DNA of 64,000 bases from Octopus sinensis. Its lineage: Eukaryota. Of the stretch, positions 53,390 through 64,000 are shown piece by piece. The stretch covers positions 3,596,001 to 3,660,000 of the forward strand of contig NC_043001.1 in assembly GCF_006345805.1 (NCBI RefSeq). Reading direction: 5' to 3'. Position 1 is the first letter of the stretch. Every line of letters begins with the position of its first letter. The notes under the pieces were generated by a model that worked only from the letters and a program-made list of their open reading frames with translations, searched no databases and had not been told where the DNA came from. Position numbers and translations under genes: made by a program.

Positions 53390-54307
53390 TCCTAATACTT
53401 CATTTGTTATTTTTGTAAATACTGAATATATATGCAGCACGGATTTTTTGTCAGTGAACAGGTCGCGGTCTTATAGCGACGAAAATATTTTGACAAATTA
53501 AACTTAAATGTTGAAGTGAATCGATCGGCTTTTGTGTGTTTCTTAAATGTCTTACAAACACCTTACACGCTGCAATTGTTTTCGTTCCAGCGCACGATCT
53601 CAGATCAAATCACATGCTATGCAAGTCCATCACCGTGAATATATATTTTTTTATATGTATTCTTTACTTGGACTGTACCTGCGGACTTGGATGTCTGACA
53701 TTCCTTTGAAGGATTTCTGTCCTCGCCTTTTATATGTATATGTGTGTGTGTGTGTGTTTGTGCGTGTATATATATGTGTGTATAAATATATCGTATGTAT
53801 GTATATATATGCTTGTGTTTATGTATGTATATATATGCATGTGTTTATGTATGTATGTGTTCCTCCAACACAATTGCATGATAAACGGTATTGGTGTGTT
53901 TATGGCCCTGTAACTTCGCACTTCGGAGCAACAGAACAATAACGTAAGTGCCAGGCTTTAAAAATAAAATAAATAAACACAAGGGTCGATTCGTTCCACT
54001 ATGAAAGGATTCTTCAAATCTGTGCCCCAGCATGACCTCAGTCTAAGACCGGAACAAGTAAAAGAGAAGCGATATGTATATGTATTGTGTGCGCATGCGT
54101 TTCTTTACTCTTTGCAGAGCAAGACAGTGTTGCGTCCGTAGCTTCTCTAGGTTCACTACAATCAGAGGGATTGGCACGGTCAGATCTGACCAGATGTAAG
54201 TCCTATGTGGTCATAGTTCTACAGTCCCACTTGTTCTCTTACCAACCATGTCTACGATCAAAGGCGATTCAGATATGACCATTATATGACCATAATGTCC
54301 GTTTGCG

Positions 54308-54787
54308 AAGGCGGCGAGCTGGCAGAAACGTTAGCAGGCCGAGCGAAATACTTAGCAGCATTTCGTCTGTCTTTATGTTTGTCTGTCCTTGTTTGTACCC
54401 TCTGTGTTTAGCCCCTTGTGGGTAGTAAAGAAATAGGTAATTCGTATGCCGCTACATACTGAGTTCAAATCCCGTTGAGGTCGACATTACCTTTCATCCT
54501 TTCGGAGTCGATTAAATAAGTACCAGTTACGTACTGGGGTCGATATAATCGACTTAATCCGTTTGTTTGTCCTTGTTTGTCCCCTCCATGTTTAGCCCCT
54601 TGTGGGTAGTAAAGAAACAGATATTTCGGCTGTCTAAGTTCTGAGCTCAAACTCCGCTGAGGTTGACTTTGCCTTTAATTATTTCGGGGTCGATAAATTA
54701 AGTACTAGTTGCTTACTGGGGTCGATCTAATCGACTGTCCCCCTCTCCCAAAACTTCAGGCCTTGTGCCCAGAGTAGAAAAGAATAT
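54308..54787 (+). mobile_element. multi-module S1 SINE
   Basis: Head, tail-1, core + tail-1, core + tail-2. Confidence 0.85.
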
Positions 54788-54920
54788 TGTCCGTTGGTGG
54801 ATATTGTACGATTTTCACTACGTTTGTATCGTTATTTTTCCACTCTTACGGTTTGAATGAACGCATGTAGGGTCCGTAATTGATAATAATGCCAGCTCGT
54901 GTGTGTGTGTGTGTGTGTGT

Positions 54921-54954
<34 letters not shown>

Positions 54955-55153
54955 GTGGTGGGTTGAAGTATACTGTTAATTAAATTGGAACCAGTATGAA
55001 ATTACTTTGTTATTTTTATCACTCTCAAGAGGTTGTAATGCGAATGTCAACAGTTTCCAGTGAGATTTAAACTTCGTAGAAGAAAGAGAAAGCGAAGAAA
55101 ATGAAGAATATCAAAGTATAATGGTAATGATGATGATAATGATTATTATAATG

Positions 55154-55184
<31 letters not shown>

Positions 55185-55197
55185 TATTATCATTATT

Positions 55198-55572
55198 ATA
55201 TTCTCTTTGCACAGCTTCCAACGCCGGAGATGTATTACAGTGTCAGCTGTTCACTACCAGTGAACTAAGGTAACACCTCATACTTTCCGAGCACCTTCCG
55301 GAGTATACGAGCGGTTCCATGCTGTGCTATTTTCTGCAAGAGCTCCACGCTTATTGCAGCCCCTATTTGTTCCACGTATATCTCAAGATTTTTTATCACT
55401 GTTCCCAGGGCTCCGGCAATTATTGGTAACTACTACCACCTATTTCATCGACCACAACTGCTTAACTTCCCAAGCTAACCTGTCATATCTTTCGACTTTC
55501 TTTCTTCCTTATCGCATACCATGTGGTCAACTGCGCATGCTATATCTACGTTCCAGCATAGTTTGTTTTCTC
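55198..55572 (-). mobile_element. R4/Dong-like RLE LINE 3' fragment flanked by (AAT)n
   Basis: DIACAVDH..PIIAGALGTV..ELLQKIAQHGTARILRKVL; 3' UTR matches 62050-62166. Confidence 0.85.
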
Positions 55573-55774
55573 ATTATTATTATTATATTATTATATTATT
55601 ATTATTATTATTATTATTATGCTGTTGCTGTTGTTGTCGAACAATCTAGTGATTATGGCAGTCACAACTCTAAAATTAATGGCATTAAAACAACAACAAC
55701 GAATACCGCCTGTTGGCTTATATTATATTCTTCTCCAATATAAAATAATAGTAATTTATACGTTTTGCTAACCT

Positions 55775-56183
55775 GGAGGCGGCGGCCGCGACCTGGCAGA
55801 CACGTTAGCGCGCCGGGCGAAACGTGTAGCCGTATTTCGTCTGCCGTTACATTCTGAGTTCAAATTCCACCGAGGTCGACTTTGCCTTTTATCCTTTCGG
55901 GGTCGATTAAATAATTACCAGTTACGCACTGGGCTCAATATAATCGACTTAATCCGTTTGTCTGTCCTTGTTTGTCCTCTCTGTGTTTAGCCCCTTGTGG
56001 GTAGTAAAGAAATAGGTATTTCGTCTGTCTTTACGTTGTGCGTTCAAATCCCACCGAGATCGACTTTTCCTTTCATCCATTCGGGGTCGATAAATTAAGT
56101 ACCAGTTGCGTACTGGGGTCGATCTAATCGACTGGTCCCCTCTCCAGATATTTCAGGCTTTGTGTTTAGACTAGAAAAGAATA
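55775..56183 (+). mobile_element. two-module S1 SINE
   Basis: Same architecture as 41760-42161. Confidence 0.88.
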
Positions 56184-56904
56184 CTGACGTCATTACAAGG
56201 AAAAGAAATCAAAATGTTGACGCTATCTGCAGACGATGTCATTGTTTTCCGATAGTTTTAAAGTACAACTAGACGAGGCAAGTCAACGTTTTCACGAGCC
56301 ATTTAATCATGGCTATTCATACTGAAGTCAATATTAGACTCCTCAATCATACAAAATCAGATTGGTCGGCAAAATGATTACCGCGTGCGTCTTCTACTGC
56401 AGTGAATCGAATATAATCAATCATTTGATATGACAGAGTATATAGTATGATAGCAAATTCAAGTACATTATAACCTGAATTTATTCCATATTGATAGCCC
56501 CGAATCATTGGAACTATTTGATTTTTGTTTAATTGACATTCTAGAATTGCATTCCTGAAGGCTACACATTAACAACAACAACAACAACAACAACGACTAT
56601 AACTATTACAGTTGTAGTAGGAGGACACCATTGTGTTGTGATAACTTAAGCTTAATGAAGCACACGTGCCTACAAGTTGTGTGTATTAAAAGTTCCACGG
56701 TAATATTTTACTTCAACGTCATAGGAAATATAAATACTGCAAGGAGATAAAACTACGCCTTTGTTGTTAACCACGTAAAAAAGATTTCCGATGTTCTCTT
56801 GCTTTCACATTTATCAATTCACAAACACACACACACATATATGACATATTCATATATACATATATATAAATGCACGCACACACGCACACACACACACACA
56901 CACA

Positions 56905-57105
56905 TATATACTTAGAAATGGACGATATATGACTGGATAATTTGGTCATTTTCCTTTTATCCCAGTGCCTGAAGCTCAAAGTGTGATTATTGAACCTGGC
57001 CTTGAAATTACCCTCTGTAAGGCCCACGTCTTTCTTCGTCGAAACAGTGTCCTTTGTGGATATAGAGCCCACGGCGGCTTCATGATGGTCTCCGACATGC
57101 AAGCT
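56905..57105 (-). mobile_element. Penelope-like GIY-YIG endonuclease fragment
   Basis: VGLTEGNFKARFNNHTLSFRHWDKRKMTKLSSHI fits the Penelope endonuclease pattern YxGxT..FKxR..H..SF..TxLS.HI. Confidence 0.75.
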
Positions 57106-58278
57106 CCATTTAGCGGGTACAAATTTTTATCCCTGTATGAACAGCTAGTTTCATATTGCAGATTTTGTGTATTGTGTGCGATTATATTTTTTAAATTAGT
57201 AGTTGAGCAGAAACTGATTTTTAAGTTATGTTTATTGAAGAGCTTTCTGTAACTATGGTTGACTGGAAAATGTCTATCTATTAGTGCTAAGAAATGCTTG
57301 CCTATATTAATAAATAATAGAGCAGGGGCAATACGTTATTATTTAAATTATCTAAGCTATATACATATTCCTTCACACACACACACACACACACACACCA
57401 CACACACACACACACAACACACAAATACTCTCTTACACACACTCACATACACACACACATGGTTGCGGTGTGTGTGTAAGTCGGTGTCTTTAATTCAGTA
57501 AACTGTTTCTCCTACCATTTTATCTTATTTAAAATCTGTCAGTTGTAATCTAAATTTGGCATAACAACAAATAAACAAAAAGCAATAGAGTTAAAAATAA
57601 AACTTTTCTTGACAATTCCTTAACACTCAAATTAGCTTCTGGAATGTGTTTGTTAATTATTCATTATTCCGAATATTGAACAGCACCAGAAATAAAGGCG
57701 TAAAGAATATGTTACACTCGATCTGCTCATCTATGTATTTGGCACCGTGGAATCATTTGCCAATTTATAAAAACAGGATTTTATCAATTTATTTTAAAAA
57801 CTGCTTAACAAAAACGACAACAATAACAATAAAATTACTACCAACAATAATAATAATAATGATAATCATAATAAAATAATGATGATCGCGATAATAAAAA
57901 TTCTTATACATTAAAAAATACAAATATAATTTCATTACACAAATTTAAGAAATTTATCCATTGAAAGAAAAAAATTATTTCCTGCAATTATTCTCGTCAC
58001 ATCTCTTTAAATAGTGATGTTTTAAAAATAGATAAAAATCGAAGAGAAACATTATAAAGAAACGGGGACGAATCATACTGAAGTAAATATAAAATGTAAA
58101 CTGAGAAAAGAAATAAACCTAAAAAAAATCACTGTTGGCTGAAAAATTAGTCATTATTTAGGATTAGATTATACGTTTATTTGTTTATCGTGAAAATGTC
58201 TTCACTAACGGAAAAATAATAGAAAAGAACGTACAAAATTTTGAATACATACATATATATATATGTGTGTGTGTGTGC

Positions 58279-58312
<34 letters not shown>

Positions 58313-58432
58313 ATGTATGTATAAATATTAGGAAAGTAGTATGATTGAATGATAGAAGACAGCGATTGTTTGTGCATGGATGAGTGTGTGAATGCGTGTA
58401 TAAATGTGTGTGTGTATTTGCAGACATATAAA

Positions 58433-58477
<45 letters not shown>

Positions 58478-58481
<4 letters not shown>

Positions 58482-58790
58482 ACCAGGTACTGCAACAGCT
58501 TGGTTTTCAGGGGACCGCAGCTCTTCAATATTCTTCCAAAATGCCTGAGAGACCTGCATGGTGTGGATGTGGGTTTCTTTAAAACTAAACTGGATCTCTT
58601 CTTGTCAGGGGTTCCAGGTGAACCTACCTCTGGGCAGGAAACACAATATGGGGCAGCGGCGTCGAACTCCCTTGTTGATTAAGTGCCACGTATCAGAGGT
58701 GTTTTCACATACTAGTGTAGCTCATTCAACAATGGTGCCCCAGCATGGCCGCAGCTTTCGGGCTGAAGCATTTTTAAGGAATTAAGGATT
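58478..58790 (+). mobile_element. APE-type LINE 3' end (CR1/L2 group)
   Basis: RGPQLFNILPKCLRDL..FFKTKLDLFLSGVP..AAASNSL*, then a 3' stem-loop tail. Confidence 0.85.
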
Positions 58791-58808
58791 TATATATATA
58801 TATATACA

Positions 58809-59610
58809 TATTGAGTCATCCCATAAATAATGCGATTATTTACGATTGCATGAACCAAAACTCGGAGAAGGGTGGGATAAACTATCTGTATCAGCTTGCT
58901 ATAAAATCTGGAAGTTTTTCTATGTGCGAGTTTTGAAGGGTGTAATTCGATTTTAAGAGTTATTCTTTCAAAGCTATAATGGAAGTGACAAAGGAGCATA
59001 TTTGGCATATTTTGCTTTATGAGTTCAAAAAAGACAAAAACGCAACACGTCGTGCCAGGAATATTAACGCAGTATATTGTGGTCGGAAAGTAAGCGTAAT
59101 CCAGTCTCAACGGTGGTTCCTGAAATTTCAAGCCTGAAACTACAGCCTAGAAGACAAACCTCATCCTGGAAGATCTGTAGAACTCGACGAGGACGTCCTG
59201 CAAACACTGCTAGAACAAAATCCCATCCTAACTTTTTAGTGGAACTAGCAGAGAAGCTTGGATTTGGTCATTCAATTATTCATCGAGACCTACGTGCTAC
59301 CGATGAAGCCTGCAAATTGGTTCCATGAGTTCCTCCCCTATGTTCCGAATCTAATCGCACCCTGTGAGTGAATGTGTGCTTTTCTATGCTGTCACCTCTC
59401 ACGAATGAACCATTCTGGACCGAACGGTGAGTGGTGAGTGAAATGAGTTCTCTATAAAAATGTCAATTGCCGAAGACAATTGGTTGAAGGATATTGGAAT
59501 AGGACGCTCGGTAGAGCTTCTGCAGAAAGTTTGTCTCTTACGGACCGCAAGGATTATTAGGTGGGTCCTAAGAACTTGAACGAGTGCTGAAAACTTGCAG
59601 ATGCCTAAAG
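58809..59610 (+). mobile_element. mariner transposon 5' half, decayed
   Basis: TA-TTGAGTCATCCCATAAATAATGCG TIR; ATG at 58979 gives MEVTKEHIWHILLYEFKK..QRWF..LEDKPHPGRS..ELAEKLG and a degenerate WVPHEL; in-frame stops. Confidence 0.9.
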
Positions 59611-59675
59611 TTACAGGTAGTAACCTTCTACCCACATAATTCCTGCCAGGAACAAGACCGTATTTGAGCCAAACC

Positions 59676-60203
<528 letters not shown>

Positions 60204-60217
60204 TAATAATAATAATA

Positions 60218-60265
<48 letters not shown>

Positions 60266-60290
60266 TAATAATAAAAATAAAAATAATAAT

Positions 60291-61360
60291 AATGTTGACA
60301 ATACACGGAGCCTTCCTCCCTGAGAGTGAAACAGATAGGCTGTACTTGTCTACAAGAGAGGGTAGGGGACGTTTAATCAGTTGCCATGACTGTCTCGAAG
60401 CAGAGAACAGCCTAGTGTGGTATGAAAAAATGCCGTGGAGGCACTGTTGAAACAGGCGAAGAATGACGGCGTCATCAAAACTGAAAGTTGTGTAACTAAA
60501 GAAAACTTTATACAAGAAAGAAAAGCAATGAAGGAAAAGGAAACGTACGCTCGGTATGCAAGAGATGTGAACGCCAAGACAGATACTGAAGACCGGTGGC
60601 TATGGATGAGAAAGAGGGACCGGAAGATAGAGACAGAAGCACAAGCGTTAAAGACCAACTACGTGAAGTGAGGAATAGACAACACTAACGATAGCGACTA
60701 ATGCAGAATGTGTGGTGACTGGGGTGAAACGGTATGGCACATCGATAGTGAATGCCCGAAATTGGCAGAACTTGAATACAAAAGACACCATGACAGTGTA
60801 ACAAGTATGACCCATTGAGATCTCTGTGGAAATCAGAGCCGAGAAAGGGCGAATGTGTGGTGTGAACAAAGTCCAGAAGGAGTGACCGAAAATGAGAATT
60901 ACAAAATCCTGTGTGATGCAATGATCCAGTGCGATCACCTGACCAGACATCGAAAACCAGACAGTGTTCTGGTGAATAAAAAAGAAAGAACATGTATGAT
61001 AATCGATATCGTATGCCCTGGTGACAAAAGGATCAATGTGAGAGAAGAAAAAAATAAACAACTACGACGATTTGAAGTGAGAAATACGACGGTTGTGGTA
61101 AATGAGGAGAATAGACGTGATACCAGTAGTAATTTGTGCACTTGGGAGTATCAGAACTCAGCTACCAACATGGCTGAAAAAAACTGGGGCAAGTGTGAAG
61201 GTAGAATGTCTTGAAAAATCAGAATTGCTTGGAACTGGAACAATCTTCGCAGTATTCTTGAAGCATGACCAGTAAACAAGTGTCACCTTAATCTGCTGGC
61301 TGTGGACAGCTGACACTTTCCATCATATCCAGCAAAATATGCTGTAAGATTTCATATTAC
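60291..61360 (+). mobile_element. R4/Dong-like LINE 3' kb: thumb, CCHC knuckle, RLE nuclease
   Basis: HGAFLPESETDRLYL..GRGRL; CRMCGDWGETVWHIDSEC; RHRKPDSVL..IIDIVCPGD; frameshifted. Confidence 0.9.
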
Positions 61361-61418
61361 GACAATAACAGCAACAACAACAACAACAACAACTACAACA
61401 ACAACAATAATAATAATA

Positions 61419-62165
61419 CAAAAAGAGATTACCTGCAGCGAGTGAGAAAAGTATTGGCCTCAAAGCAGAAGGCTAGAAACACAATTTCAGCTATAAACTC
61501 CAGCGCAGTCGCAGTAGGACGATGGTATGGCGCATGAATCCTAATATGGACAGAAGAGGGGCTAATAAAGATGGACAGGATGTCAAGAAAGCTGCTAATG
61601 ACGCATGTAGCATATCATCCCCGTGCAGACACTGATCGCCTATACACACAGGGAGCAAATGGAGGATGGGGACAGATAAGTGTGGAAAACTGAGTGCATA
61701 TCGAACTTGACAGTTTAATGGCCACAGAACCACGATTATCGGAAGTAAGAAGGTTAGGCTTGTGTAGGATGGAAGATTGCAAAGATAAAGCACTTTACAA
61801 ACAGTTGAGAATGAATGAAACTGAATATATGTGGATAAGGAAAAGACTGCGTGGACAATTTTATAGGGATGTTGAAGATAAAACTGAGAGAGAAAAAAGA
61901 TGGGTATGGATGAATAAAAATGATTTCACACCGGAAACAGAGGCTCTAGTCTCTGATGGCCAAGAGCAAGCATTAAGAACCACTTACATGAAATACAGAA
62001 TAGACAATACACCAGAAAGTGATACGTGCAGAAAGCAGCACTGCTTGGAACCGCTTGTATACTCCGGATGGTGTCCGAAAAATAAAGAGTGTTACCTTAG
62101 TTTACTGGTAATGAAGAGCTGACATCGTAGTACATCTCCAGCGTTAGAAGCTGTGCAAAGAGAAT

Positions 62166-62166
<1 letters not shown>
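61419..62166 (+). mobile_element. R4/Dong-like LINE fragment with internal deletion
   Basis: DYLQRVRKVLASK..NTISAINS; HPRADTDRLY; LRGQFYR..TPETEALV..QEQALRT; jumps to the AALLGT end. Confidence 0.88.
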
Positions 62167-62315
<149 letters not shown>

Positions 62316-64000
62316 CATGCTACTGGACTTCAGTGCATAACTGGTACTTATTTAATCGACCCCGAAATGATAAATGGCAAAGTGGACTGCGGTGGGATTT
62401 GAGCTTTTGAACGTAAAGATGCACGAAATGCGAGCTGCGATGAGTGAGTCAGGATTATCTGAATGAAGGAGGTCTGACACCCTTCAGGTGTGAGACGTGA
62501 GGCCATTAGTGTATCAATAGAAAGACAGCAAGAGGAGAAGACACACCCGTGAGTAAATTGGAAGGTGTGTGTTTGTTAGTCGGTTTCTGTTGTCCTGCAT
62601 CCTACAGAAATGTATTTTGTTAGTTTTGTAGAAAACTCACTGAAAAGGACTTTAAAGATACTGAAGTAATTAAGGTAAATTACTTTGGTTTCAAACCAAG
62701 ACGATTTGCCTCGTAGGGCTCAGAGACAGTTCTGTTCTTGTTTACAGGTTTCTCCTCCCTTCGTGGCTGTCTGCCAATCCCCGTCTACCTTAGGATACCC
62801 GCGTGTAACCGCGAGACTTACTTGAGAGTTTTGTATTTATCAGATAATATTAAACAGCACAACTCATGTTCAATATGTGGCATAACATTAAAATGTTAAA
62901 TAATAAAGAATTATTTTAAGATACAAATCGGTAACTTAATGCAATTATCACAGTTATATTATGTTCGAAACGTCCAGTTTAACAACAAAAACCGTTATTC
63001 TACTAAATCTCTTCCAATTCTGGACTATTTTCAAAATTGATTGAGACATTTAGGCAATAAAATATTTCGTTGGAAATATGATGATTGAAGTGTTAACTAC
63101 TCGAATCCTATCATTTTTATCATTGCACCACTTCTAAATATATTCTATTGGTCTCAGCCATATTTCTGTAGGTCATTACTTTCGCTTATTTTCTTCCAAA
63201 GTTATATTTGTTTCTTATTTTTGTTGTTGCATTAATCAATTTCCTTAATGTAGGTATTTCATTTGCTATTTTGAGGAAAGAAATGTGTCGGTCACCTATT
63301 CCTGCATCTAGCCATTCATCTCTGCCTTCCACTCCGTGTCGCTTCATATCCGTCTCACCATCTGTCCATCAGTTGCTTCGCCCCTCTGTCGCTCCATTCA
63401 TCTATAATCCATTTCTCTATCCATCCCTCTATCAATTCCTTCGTCCCTTCATCGCTTCCACACACCATCCACATCTCCATCTCTCCATCAGCCACACCAA
63501 ACACTCTAACATATTTATCGACTAATTTGCACTTAATAGATAGGTGGACGGAATCAGTCTTTAAGCAGAATCTATTTACTCATGGAACGACGATAACGGC
63601 GAACTATTAGAGTAGCTTGTTTGCTCTAAAAAAAAGTCTGTTATCAAAGTGACTTATTTACACACAATAAAACATGTTTACAGAAACTTAATTGCTCTCG
63701 GAGCTGTTTTGGACTTTCTTCTCTTGGACCCAACGTAACAGCAAACAACACAAATAAACATATTAACAAAAAGAGTGTTTATATAAAAAAATACATTGAA
63801 AATTTCATGAACACTGTCTGCGTAATGTGGACAAATTAATTTGATTTTTCTGCTTTAAAAAATGGTCTTTACTTATTTATTTTTTTTTTTCTTCATCCGA
63901 AAATTTAAGAAAAAAATCTAAAACAATTCAAGAACAAAAACATGGTTTAATTTCTGCAACTCAATAGATTTTATATTTTATTGTTTTTTTTTTTTTGTAT

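Noticed and set aside
58979-59600. Domesticated SETMAR-like gene
   Set aside because: Stops and frameshifts, no catalytic domain, no SET exon; an ordinary dead mariner.

Overview
AT-rich, microsatellite-saturated eukaryotic DNA. The SINE families and repeat landscape look like an Octopus/coleoid cephalopod intergenic or deep-intronic region (inference from recalled repeat families; no database search was run). I cannot support any host protein-coding exon, and almost all ORFs in the track are translations of simple repeats. The window is a transposon graveyard. It holds two abundant tRNA-derived SINE families (here S1 and S2), APE-type LINE fragments (CR1/L2 group and RTE), and four restriction-like-endonuclease LINE fragments (R4/Dong-like) sitting in (AAT)n tracts. 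It also holds mariner/Tc1/pogo remnants, two non-autonomous Helitrons and Penelope-like pieces including a GIY-YIG fragment. The most interesting signal is a set of minimal type I hammerhead-ribozyme motifs from several unrelated repeat families. One has an intact catalytic core (16591-16657), one is fused downstream of a tRNA-like Pol III head (18690-19054), and one family carries a CUGUGGA core variant. Long fold-back hairpins, snap-back junctions, modular SINEs and an 83-bp dimeric minisatellite are also present. Element boundaries are approximate unless terminal motifs are quoted.
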